A stretch of DNA of 64,000 nt from the human T2T-CHM13v2.0 reference genome, Homo sapiens. Shown here piece by piece: positions 1 to 12,800 of the stretch (its first letter is position 1; each line of letters starts with the position of its first letter). The stretch lies in NCBI RefSeq assembly GCF_009914755.1, contig NC_060948.1, one strand, 5' to 3'. The notes below the pieces were generated by a model that was not told the DNA's origin, searched no databases, and saw nothing but the letters and a program-made list of their open reading frames with translations. The translations under genes and the position numbers were made by a program.

Positions 1-974
1 AATAGAGTCGAATGGAATTGAATGGAATGGAATGGACTAGAGTGAAATGGAATCGAACCACAAGGAATGGACAGGAATAGAATGGTCTCGAATTGAATGG
101 AATCGTATGGAATGGCATCAAACGGAATGGAATGGACAGCCACGGAATGGAATGCACTCGAATGCAATGGAGTCGAAACTAATGGACTGGAATAGAATGG
201 ACTCGACTGGTACGGACTTCAATGGAATGGATTCGAATGGAAGGGAATCGAACGGAATGGACTCGAAGGGAAAAGACTGCAATGGAAAGGTCTCGAATGG
301 AATGGAAATTAATGGAATGGAATGGAATCGAATGAAATGGAGTCAAAAGGAATGGAATCGAATGGCAAGAAATCGAATGTAATGGAATCGCAAGGAATTG
401 ATGTGAACGGAACGGAATGGAATGGAATCCAAAGGAATGGAATAGAATGGAATGGAATCGAATGGAAAGGACTCGAATGGAAATCACTCGAATAGAATGC
501 AATTTAATAAAATAGGATCAAATGTAATGGAATGGAATGGAAAGGAATCGAAACGAAAGGAATGGAGACAGATGGAATGGAATGGAACAGAGAGCAATGG
601 TATAGAATGGAATGGAATCATCTGGAATGGAATTGAATGGAATGGAATAATATGAAATGGAATGGAATGGAATGGAATGGAATGCCCTTGAATTAAATGG
701 ACTGGAATGGAATGGACTCGAACAGAGTGGAATGGAAAGTGTTGAGATAGAATGGAATGGACTCCTTTGGAATGGTGTAGTATGCAATGCAATCGACTGG
801 CAGGGAATCAAAAGGAATGTAATCGAATGGAATGGACTGGAATGCAATGGACTCGAATAGATTGGAAACGGAATGCAAAGGAATGGAATGGAATAGTATG
901 GAATGGAATGGAAAGGAATGGAGTGGAATAGACTAGAGTGGAATGGAATGGACTGGAAAGCAATGGACTGGAAT

Positions 975-989
975 GGAACTTTCTTGAAT
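975..989. promoter_or_regulatory. Perfect 3-pentamer heat shock element gGAActTTCttGAAt (motif A; recurs per DYZ1 unit)
   Basis: Exact match to nGAAnnTTCnnGAAn. Intact in 13 of 15 copies, broken at ~18737 and ~40066. Function is inferred only. Confidence 0.5.
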
Positions 990-2418
990 GGACTGGAATC
1001 AAACGGAATGGAATGCAATGCAATCAAATGGCATGGAATAAAATAGAATGAAGAAAATGAAATGGAATTGAATCGAATGGAATCGAATGGATTGGAAAGG
1101 AATAGAATGGAATGGAATGGAATTGACTCAAATGGAATGGACTAGAATGGAATGGATTCGAATGGAAGGCAAAGGAATGGAATCTATTGGAATGGACTGT
1201 AATGGAATGGAATGGAAGGGATTGGAATGGACTCGAATGGAATGGACTGCAATAGAAAGGATTCGAATGGAATGAAAAAGAATTGAATGGAATAGAACAG
1301 AATGGAATCAAATCGAATGAAATGGAATGGAATAGAAAGGAATGGAATGAAATGGAATGGAAAGGATTCGAATGGAATGCAATCGAATGGAATGGAATCG
1401 AACGGAATGGAATAAAATGGAAGAAAACTGGCAAGAAATGGAATCGAAATGAATGGAGTGTTATGGAACGGACTCAAAAGGAATTGAATGTAATAGAATG
1501 GAGTGGAGTGGACTCGAATATAATGGACTGGAATGGAATGAAATCACATGGAATGGGAACGAATGGAATGGAAAGGAATGGAATCGAATGGAAAGGAATC
1601 GAATGGAAGGGAATGAAATTGAATCAACAGGAATGGAAGGGAATAGAATAGACGGTAATGGAATGGACTCGAATAGAATGGACACGAATGCTCAAATTGA
1701 ATGGACTCGAATGGAATGGAAACGAAAGGAATGTCATCGAATGGAATTGAATCGATTGGAATGAAATCGCATAGAATGGAGTGGAATCAAATGGAATTGA
1801 ATCGAAAGGAAAGGAAGCGAATGGACTGAAACGAAATGGAATGGAATTGAATGGAAAGTAATGCAATGGAATAGAATGGAACGAAATTTCACGGAATGGA
1901 ATCAAACTGAATGGAATCAAATCAATGGAATCAAATCAAATGGAACGGAAAGGAATTGAATGGAGTAGATTGGATTGGATGGGATTGGAAGGAAATGTAC
2001 TGGAAAGGACTCGAATTTCATGAAATGGAATGGAATGAATTGGAACGGAATGGACTCGAATGGAATGGAATGTCATGGAATGGCATCAAATGGAATGGCA
2101 TCAAATGGAATGGAATCGAATGCAATGGAATGCTATGGAATGGAATGGAATGCATTGGAATGGAATGTCCTCTAATGGAATGGATTCGAGTGGAATGGAA
2201 TCGAATATAATGGAGTCGAATGAAATGGAATTGAAAGGAATGGGATCGAATAGAATGGAATATACTGGAATGTAATGTAATGAACTCGAATGTAATTGAC
2301 TGGAATGGAATGTACATGAATGGAATGTAATCGAATGGAAAGTAATCCAATGGAATAGAATCTAATGCAATAAAACCGACTCAGATAGAGTAGAATGTAA
2401 TGGAATGGAGTGCAGTGC

Positions 2419-2500
2419 AATGGAAGGGAATGGAATTGAATGCAATAGAATGGAATGGAATGGAATGGAATGGAATGGAATGGAATGGGATGGAATGGTA
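2419..2500 (+). repeat. Near-pure (GGAAT)n microsatellite inside each DYZ1 unit; main length-variable site
   Basis: Lies between GAGTGCAGTGCAAT and GGTRTGGAATGGATAGT in every complete unit. It is long at ~27310-27410 and ~20190-20285 and short at ~23765-23828 and ~41515-41578. Confidence 0.9.
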
Positions 2501-2812
2501 TGGAATGGATAGTAATGGACTGGAGTGAAATGGACTGGAAAGGAATGGACTCAAATTGAAAGGGCTCGAAAGGAATGGATTCAAATGGAATGGTCTGGAA
2601 TGGAATGAACACGAATGTAATGCAATCCAATAGAATGGAATCGAATGGCATGGAATATAAAGAAATGGAATCGAAGAGAATGGAAACAAATGGAATGGAA
2701 GTGAGTGGAATGGAATTGAATGGAATGGGAACGAATGGAGTGAAATTGTATGCAGTAGAAGAGAATAGAATGGAATGCAAGCGAAAGGAAAGGAATGGAT
2801 TGGAATGGAATG

Positions 2813-2856
2813 GAATTCATTGGAATGGAAGGGAATGTAGTGTAATGGACAGGCCT
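2813..2856. other. Diagnostic once-per-unit EcoRI (GAATTC 2813-2818) and HaeIII/StuI (AGGCCT 2851-2856) sites of DYZ1
   Basis: GGCC recurs at 2852, 6416, 9969, 13512, 17061, 20635, 24179, 27758, 31307, 34851, 38390, 41929, 45483, 49026. The first interval is 3564 bp, the classical DYZ1 unit length (the male-specific '3.4 kb' HaeIII band). Confidence 0.92.
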
Positions 2857-3506
2857 GGAATAAAGTGGAATGCTACGGTCTCGAATGGAATAAAAATGTA
2901 TGGAATGGAATGCAATGAAACGGAATCGAATGTCATAGAATGTAATGGAATGCAAAAAAATGGAATCCAAAATCATTGACTGGAAAGGCTGGGTGTCGAA
3001 AGGAATTGACTCCAATGGAATGGAATCGAATGGAATGGAAGTGAATAGAATCGAACTAAATCGAATGGAATGGAATTGATAGGAACGGAATGGAAAGGAA
3101 TGCAATGATTTGGCATGGAATGGAATCGAATGGCATCGAATGGAATGGAATGGAATGCAATGGAATGGAACGTATTAGAATGTAATGAACTTTAATGGAA
3201 TGTACTCGAATGGATTCGACTGGAATGGAATGTTGTGGAAGTGAATGGACTCCAATGGAATGGATTCAAAAGGAATGGAATCGTACGGAATGGAATCTAA
3301 TGGAATGGAATTAAATGGAAATGAATCAAATTGAATAGCATGGAATTGAATTGAATGGAATCGAATGCAATGGAATCTAATGAAACGGAAAGGAAAGGAA
3401 TGGAATGGAATGGAATGGGCTGGAATGGAAAGGAATCGAAACGAATGGAATGGAATCGAACTGAAGAGACTGGAATGGAATGCACTGGAATGGAAGGGAG
3501 TGTAAT

Positions 3507-3521
3507 GGAAGGTTCTCGAAA
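3507..3521. promoter_or_regulatory. Perfect 3-pentamer heat shock element gGAAggTTCtcGAAa (motif C; recurs per DYZ1 unit)
   Basis: Exact match to nGAAnnTTCnnGAAn. Intact in 13 of 14 copies, lost by a CpG>CpA change at ~7082. Function is inferred only. Confidence 0.5.
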
Positions 3522-6500
3522 AAAATGGAATCGAATGGAATGGAATTGAATGCAACGGAATAGAGTCGAATGGAATTGAATGGAATGGAATGGACTAGAG
3601 TGAAATGGAATCGAACCACAAGGAATGGACAGGAATAGAATGGTCTCGAATTGAATGGAATCGTATGGAATGGCATCAAACGGAATGGAATGGACAGCCA
3701 CGGAATGGAATGCACTCGAATGCAATGGAGTCGAAACTAATGGACTGGAATAGAATGGACTCGACTGGTACGGACTCCAATGGAATGGAATCGAATGGAA
3801 GGGAATCGAACGGAATGGACTCGAAGGGAAAAGACTGCAATGGAAAGGTCTCGAATGGAATGGAAATAAATGGAATGGAATGGAATCGAATGAAATGGAG
3901 TCAAAAGGAATGGAATCGAATGGCAAGAAATCGAATGTAATGGAATCGCAAGGAATTGATGTGAACGGAACGGAATGGAATGGAATCCAAAGGAATGGAA
4001 TAGAATGGAATGGAATCGAATGGAAAGGACTCGAATGGAAATCACTCGAATAGAATGCAATTTAATAAAATAGGACCAAATGTAATGGAATGGAATGGAA
4101 AGGAATCGAAACGAAAGGAATGGAGACAGATGGAATGGAATGGAACAGAGAGCAATGGTATAGAGTGGAATGGAATCATCTGGAATGGAATTGAATGGAA
4201 TGGAATAATATGAAATGGAATGGAATGGAATGGAATGGAATGCCCTTGAATTAAATGGACTGGAATGGAATGGACTCGAACAGAGTGGAATGGAAAGTGT
4301 TGAGATAGAATGGAATGGACTCGTTTGGAATGGTCTAGTAGGCAATGCAATCGACTGGCAGGGAATCAAAAGGAATGTAATCGAATGGATTGGACTGGAA
4401 TGCAATGGACTCGAATAGATTGCAAACGGAATGCAAAGGAATGGAATGGAATAGTATGGAATGGAATGGAAAGGAATGGAGTGGAATAGACTAGAGTGGA
4501 ATGGAATGGACTGGAAAGAAATGGACTGGAATGGAACTTTCTTGAATGGACAGGAATCAAACGGAATGGAATGCAATGCAATCAAATGGCATGGAATAAA
4601 ATAGAATGAAAGAGAATCAAATGGAATTGAATCGAATGGAATCGAATGGATTGGAAAGGAATAGAATGGAATGGAATGGAATTGACTCAAATGGAATGGA
4701 CTAGAATGGAATGGATTCGAATGGAAGGCAAACGAATGGAATCTATTGGAATGGACTGTAATGGAATGGAATGGAAGGGATTGGAATGGACTCGAATGGA
4801 ATGGACTGCAATAGAAAGGATTCGAATGGAATGAAAAAGAATTGAATGGAATAGAACAGAATGGAATCAAATCGAATGAAATGGAATGGAATAGAAAGGA
4901 ATGGAATGAAATGGAATGGAAAGGATTCGAATGGAATGCAATCGAATGGAATGGAATCGAACGGAATGGAATAAAATGGAAGAAAACTGGCAAGAAATGG
5001 AATCGAAATGAATGGAGTGTTATGGAACGGACTCAAAAGGAATTGAATGTAATAGAATGGAGTGGAGTGGACTCGAATATAATGGACTGGAATGGAATGA
5101 AATCACATGGAATGGGAACGAATGGAATGGAATGGAAAGGAATGGAATCGAATGGAAAGGAATCGAATAGAAGGGAATGAAATTGAATCAACAGGAATGG
5201 AAGGGAATAGAATAGACGGTAATGGAATGGACTCGAATTGAATGGACACGAATGCTGAAATTGAATGGACTCGAATGGAATGGAAACGAAAGGAATGTCA
5301 TCGAATGGAATTGAATCGATTGGAATGAAATCGCATAGAATGGAGTGGAATCAAATGGAATTGAATCGAAAGGAAAGGAAGCGAATGGACTGAAACGAAA
5401 TGGAATGGAATTGAATGGAAAGTAATGCAATGGAATAGAATGGAACGAAATTTCACGGAATGGAATCAAACTGAATGGAATCAAATCAATGGAATCTAAT
5501 CAAATGGAATGGAAAGGAACTGAATGGAGTAGATTGGATTGGATGGGATTGGAATGAAATGTACTGGAAAGGACTCGAATTTCATGAAACGGAATGGAAT
5601 GAATTGGAACGGAATGGACTCGAATGGAATGGAATGTCATGGAATGGCATCAAATGGAATGGCATCAAATGGAATGGAATCGAATGCAATGGAATGCTAT
5701 GGAATGGAATGGAATGCATTGGAATGGAATGTCCTCTAATGGAATGGATTCGAGTGGAATGGCATCGAATATAACGGAGTCGAATGAAATGGAATTGAAA
5801 AGAATGGGATCGAATACAATGGAATATACTGGAATGTAATGTAATGAACTCGAATGTAATTGACTGGAATGGAATGTACATGAATGGAATGTAATCGAAT
5901 GGAAAGTAATCCAATGGAATAGAATCTAATGCAATAAAATCGACTCAGATAGAGTAGAATGTAATGGAATGGAGTGCAGTGCAATGGAATGGAATGGAAT
6001 GGAATGCAATGGAATGGAATGGAATGGAATGGAATGGAATTTAATGGAATGGGATGGAATGGTATGGAATGGATAGTAATGGACTGGAGTGAAATGGACT
6101 GGAAAGGAATGGACTCAAATTGAAAGGGCTCGAAAGGAATGGAGTCAAATGGAATGGTCTGGAATGGAATGAACACGAATGTAATGCAATCCAATAGAAT
6201 GGAATCGAATGGCATGGAATATAAAGAAATGGAATCGAAGAGAATGGAAACAAATGGAATGGAATTGAATGGAATGGAATTGAATGGAATGGGAACGAAT
6301 GGAGTGAAATTGTATGCAGTAGAAGGGAATAGAATGGAATGCAAGCGAAAGGAAAGGAATGGATTGGAATGGAATGGAATTCATTGGAATGGAAGGGAAT
6401 GTAGTGTAATGGACAGGCCTGGAATAAAGTGGAATGCTACGGTCTCGAATGGAATAAAAATGTATGGAATGGAATGCAATGAAACGGAATCGAATGTCAT

Positions 6501-6790
6501 AGAATGTAATGGAATGCAAAAAAATGGAATCCAAAATCATTGACAGGAAAGGCTGGGTGTCGAAAGGAATTGACTCCAATGGAATGGAATCGAATGGAAT
6601 GGAAGTGAATAGAATCGAACTAAATCGAATGGAATGGAATTGATAGGAACGGAATGGAAAGGAATGCAATGATTTGGCATGGAATGGAATCGAATGGCAT
6701 CGAATGGAATGGAATGGAATGCAATGGAATGGAATGTATTAGAATGTAATGAACTTTAATGGAATGTACTCGAATGGATTCGACTGGAAT

Positions 6791-6805
6791 GGAATGTTCT
6801 GGAAG
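6791..6805. promoter_or_regulatory. Perfect 3-pentamer heat shock element gGAAtgTTCtgGAAg (motif B; polymorphic among units)
   Basis: The TTC allele is present in 8 of 14 units and the TTG allele (motif broken) in 6. Function is inferred only. Confidence 0.45.
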
Positions 6806-9800
6806 TGAATGGACTCCAATGGAATGGATTCAAAAGGAATGGAATCGTACGGAATGGAATCTAATGGAATGGAATTAAATGGAAATGAATCAAATTGAAT
6901 AGCACGGAATTGAATTGAATGGAATGGAATGCAATGGAATCTAATGAAACGGAAAGGAAAGGAATGGAATGGAATGGAATGGGCTGGAATGGAAAGGAAT
7001 CGAAACGAATGGAATGGAATCGAACTGAAGAGACTGGAATGGAATGCACTGGAATGGAAGGGAGTGTAATGGAAGGTTCTCAAAAAAAATGGAATCGAAT
7101 GGAATGGAATTGAATGGAACGGAATAGAGTCGAATGGAATTGAATGGAATGGAATGGACTAGAGTGAAATGGAATCGAACCACAAGGAATGGACAGGAAT
7201 AGAATGGTCTCGAATTGAATGGAATCGTATGGAATGGCATCAAACGGAATGGAATGGACAGCCACGGAATGGAATGCACTCGAATGCAATGGAGTCGAAA
7301 CTAATGGACTGGAATAGAATGGACTCGACTGGTACGGACTCCAATGGAATGGAATCGAATGGAAGGGAATCGAACGGAATGGACTCGAAGGGAAAAGACT
7401 GCAATGGAAAGGTCTCGAATGGAATGGAAATTAATGGAATGGAATGGAATCGAATGAAATGGAGTCAAAAGGAATGGAATCGAATGGCAAGAAATCGAAT
7501 GTAATGGAATCGCAAGGAATTGATGTGAACGGAACGGAATGGAATGGAATCCAAAGGAATGGAATAGAATGGAATGGAATCGAATGGAAAGGACTCGAAT
7601 GGAAATCACTCGAATAGAATGCAATTTAATAAAATAGGATCAAATGTAATGGAATGGAATGGAAAGGAATCGAAACGAAAGGAATGGAGACAGATGGAAT
7701 GGAATGGAACAGAGAGCAATGGTATAGAATGGAATGGAATCATCTGGAATGGAATTGAATGGAATGGAATAATATGAAATGGAATGGAATGGAATGGAAT
7801 GGAATGCCCTTGAATTAAATGGACTGGAATGGAATGGACTCGAACAGAGTGGAATGGAAAGTGTTGAGATAGAATGGAATGGACTCCTTTGGAATGGTGT
7901 AGTATGCAATGCAATCGACTGGCAGGGAATCAAAAGGAATGTAATGGAATGGACTGGACTGGAATGCAATGGACTCGAATAGATTGGAAACGGAATGCAA
8001 AGGAATGGAATGGAATAGTATGGAATGGAATGGAAAGGAATGGAGTGGAATAGACTAGAGTGGAATGGAATGGACTGGAAAGCAATGGACTGGAATGGAA
8101 CTTTCTTGAATGGACTGGAATCAAACGGAATGGAATGCAATGCAATCAAATGGCATGGAATAAAATAGAATGAAGAAAATGAAATGGAATTGAATCGAAT
8201 GGAATCGAATGGATTGGAAAGGAATAGAATGGAATGGAATGGAATTGACTCAAATGGAATGGACTAGAATGGAATGGATTCGAATGGAAGGCAAAGGAAT
8301 GGAATCTATTGGAATGGACTGTAATGGAATGGAATGGAAGGGATTGGAATGGACTCGAATGGAATGGACTGCAATAGAAAGGATTCGAATGGAATGAAAA
8401 AGAATTGAATGGAATAGAACAGAATGGAATCAAATCGAATGAAATGGAATGGAATAGAAAGGAATGGAATGAAATGGAATGGAAAGGATTCGAATGGAAT
8501 GCAATCGAATGGAATGGAATCGAACGGAATGGAATAAAATGGAAGAAAACTGGCAAGAAATGGAATCGAAATGAATGGAGTGTTATGGAACGGACTCAAA
8601 AGGAATTGAATGTAATAGAATGGAGTGGAGTGGACTCGAATATAATGGACTGGAATGGAATGAAATCACATGGAATGGGAACGAATGGAATGGAATGGAA
8701 AGGAATGGAATCGAATGGAAAGGAATCGAATGGAAGGGAATGAAATTGAATCAACAGGAATGGAAGGGAATAGAATAGACGGTAATGGAATGGACTCGAA
8801 TAGAATGGACACGAATGCTCAAATTGAATGGACTCGAATGGAATGGAAACGAAAGGAATGTCATCGAATGGAATTGAATCGATTGGAATGAAATCGCACA
8901 GAATGGAGTGGAATCAAATGGAATTGAATCGAAAGGAAAGGAAGCAAATGGACTGAAATGAAATGGAATGGAATTGAATGGAAAGTTATGTAATGGAATA
9001 CAATGGAACGAAATTTCACGGAATGGAATCAAACTGAATGGAATCAAATCAATGGAATCAAATCAAATGGAATGGAAAGGAATTGAATGGAGTAGATTGG
9101 ATGGGATGGGATTGGAATGAAATGTACTGGAAAGGACTCGAATTTCATGAAACGGAATGGAATGAATTGGAACGGAATGGACTCGAATGGAATGGAATGT
9201 CAGGGAATGGCATCAAATGGAATGGCATCAAATTGAATGGAATCGAATGCAATGGAATGCTATGGAATGGAATGGAATGCATTGGAATGGAATGTCCTCT
9301 AATGGAATGGATTCGAGTGGAATGGAATCGAATATAATGGAGTCGAATGAAATGGAATTGAAAGGAATAGGATCGAATACAATGGAATATACTGGAATGT
9401 AATGTAATGAACTCGAATGTAATTGACTGGAATGGAATGTACATGAATGGAATGTAATCGAATGGAAAGTAATCCAATGGAATAGAATCTAATGCAATAA
9501 AATCGACTCAGATAGAGTAGAATGTAATGGAATGGAGTGCAGTGCAATGGAATGGAATGGAATGGAATGCAATGGAATGGAATGGAATGGAATGGAATGG
9601 AATGGAATGGAATGGTGTGGAATGGATAGTAATGGACTGGAGTGAAATGGACTGGAAAGGAATGGACTCAAATTGAAAGGGCTCGAAAGGAATGGAGTCA
9701 AATGGAATGGTCTGGAATGGAATGAACACGAATGTAATGCAATCCAATAGAATGGAATCGAATGGCATGGAATATAAAGAAATGGATTCGAAGAGAATGG

Positions 9801-12800
9801 AAACAAATGGAATGGAATTGAATGGAATGGAATTGAATGGAATGGGAACGAATGGAGTGAAATTGTATGCAGTAGAAGGGAATAGAATGGAATGCAAGCG
9901 AAAGGAAAGGAATGGATTGGAATGGAATGGAATTCATTGGAATGGAAGGGAATGTAGTGTAATGGACAGGCCTGGAATAAAGTGGAATGCTACGGTCTCG
10001 AATGGAATAAAAATGTATGGAATGGAATGCAATGAAACGGAATCGAATGTCATAGAATGTAATGGAATGCAAAAAAATGGAATCCAAAATCATTGACTGG
10101 AAAGGCTGGGTGTCGAAAGGAATTGACTCCAATGGAATGGAATCGAATGGAATGGAAGTGAATAGAATCGAACTAAATCGAATGGAATGGAATTGATAGG
10201 AACGGAATGGAAAGGAATGCAATGATTTGGCATGGAATGGAATCGAATGGCATCGAATGGAATGGAATGGAATGCAATGGAATGGAATGTATTAGAATGT
10301 AATGAACTTTAATGGAATGTACTCGAATGGATTCGACTGGAATGGAATGTTGTGGAAGTGAATGGACTCCAATGGAATGGATTCAAAAGGAATGGAATCG
10401 TACGGAATGGAATCTAATGGAATGGAATTAAATGGAAATGAATCAAATTGAATAGCACGGAATTGAATTGAATGGAATGGAATGCAATGGAATCTAATGA
10501 AACGGAAAGGAAAGGAATGGAATGGAATGGAATGGAATGGGCTGGAATGGAAAGGAATCGAAACGAATGGAATGGAATCGAACTGAAGAGACTGGAATGG
10601 AATGCACTGGAATGGAAGGGAGTGTAATGGAAGGTTCTCGAAAAAAATGGAATCGAATGGATTGGAATTGAATGGAACGGAATAGAGTCGAATGGAATTG
10701 AATGGAATGGAATGGACTAGAGTGAAATGGAATCGAACCACAAGGAATGGACAGGAATAGAATGGTCTCGAATTGAATGGAATCGTATGGAATGGCATCA
10801 AACGGAATGGAATGGACAGCCACGGAATGGAATGCACTCGAATGCAATGGAGTCGAAACTAATGGACTGGAATAGAATGGACTCGACTGGTACGGACTCC
10901 AATGGAATGGAATCGAATGGAAGGGAATCGAACGGAATGGACTCGAAGGGAAAAGACTGCAATGGAAAGGTCTCGAATGGAATGGAAATTAATGGAATGG
11001 AATGGAATCGAATGAAATGGAGTCAAAAGGAATGGAATCGAATGGCAAGAAATCGAATGTAATGGAATCGCAAGGAATTGATGTGAACGGAACGGAATGG
11101 AATGGAATCCAAAGGAATGGAATAGAATGGAATGGAATCGAATGGAAAGGACAAGAATGGAAATCACTCGAATAGAATGCAATTTAATAAAATAGGATCA
11201 AATGTAATGGAATGGAATGGAAAGGAATCGAAACGAAAGGAATGGAGACAGATGGAATGGAATGGAACAGAGAGCAATGGTATAGAATGGAATGGAATCA
11301 TCTGGAATGGAATTGAATGGAATGGAATAATATGAAATGGAATGGAATGGAATGGAATGGAATGCCCTTGAATTAAATGGACTGGAATGGAATGGACTCG
11401 AACAGAGTGGAATGGAAAGTGTTGAGATAGAATGGAATGGACTCCTTTGGAATGGTGTAGTATGCAATGCAATCGACTGGCAGGGAATCAAAAGGAATGT
11501 AATCGAATGGATTGGACTGGAATGCAATGGACTCGAATAGATTGCAAACGGAATGCAAAGGAATGGAATGGAATAGTATGGAATGGAATGGAAAGGAATG
11601 GAGTGGAATAGACTAGAGTGGAATGGAATGGACTGGAAAGCAATGGACTGGAATGGAACTTTCTTGAATGGACTGGAATCAAACGGAATGGAATGCAATG
11701 CAATCAAATGGCATGGAATAAAATAGAATGAAAGAGAATCAAATGGAATTGAATCGAATGGAATCGAATGGATTGGAAAGGAATAGAATGGAATGGAATG
11801 GAATTGACTCAAATGGAATGGACTAGAATGGAATGGATTCGAATGGAAGGCAAAGGAATGGAATCTATTGGAATGGACTGTAATGGAATTGAATGGAAGG
11901 GATTGGAATGGACTGCAATAGAAAGGATTCGAATGGAATGAAAAAGAATTGAATGGAATAGAACAGAATGGAATCAAATCGAATGAAATGGAATGGAATA
12001 GAAAGGAATGGAATGAAATGGAATGGAAAGGATTCGAATGGAATGCAATCGAATGGAATGGAATCGAACGGAATGGAATAAAATGGAAGAAAACTGGCAA
12101 GAAATGGAATCGAAATGAATGGAGTGTTATGGAACGGACTCAAATGAATTGAATGTAATAGAATGGAGTGGAGTGGACTCGAATATAATGGACTGGAATG
12201 GAATGAAATCACATGGAATGGGAACGAATGGAATGGAATGGAAAGGAATGGAATCGAATGGAAAGGAATCGAATGGAAGGGAATGAAATTGAATCAACAG
12301 GAATGGAAGGGAATAGAATAGACGGTAATGGAATGGACTCGAATAGAATGGACACGAATGCTCAAATTGAATGGACTCGAATGGAATGGAAACGAAAGGA
12401 ATGTCATCGAATGGAATTGAATCGATTGGAATGAAATCGCATAGAATGGAGTGGAATCAAATGGAATTGAATCGAAAGGAAAGGAAGCGAATGGACTGAA
12501 ATGGAATGGAATTGAATGGAAAGTAATGCAATGGAATAGAAGGGAACGAAATTTCACGGAATGGAATCAAACTGAATGGAATCAAATCAATGGAATCAAA
12601 TCAAATGGAATGGAAAGGAATTGAATGGAGTAGATTGGATTGGATGGGATTGGAATGAAATGTACTGGAAAGGACTCGAATTTCATGAAACGGAATGGAA
12701 TGAATTGGAACGGAATGGACTCGAATGGAATGGAATGTCATGGAATGGCATCAAATGGAATGGCATCAAATGGAATGGAATCGAATGCAATGGAATGCTA

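Noticed and set aside
506-2894. About six AATAAA hexamers per DYZ1 unit on + (e.g. 506, 1037, 1411) as poly(A) signals
   Set aside because: They arise readily from GAATGGAA by G>A changes, and I saw no clear downstream GU-rich elements or other support.
5492-5502. GAATCTAATCA resembling the DUX4 motif TAAYYYAATCA
   Set aside because: It mismatches at the first base and is present in only some units. DUX4 binding is established mainly for HSat2.
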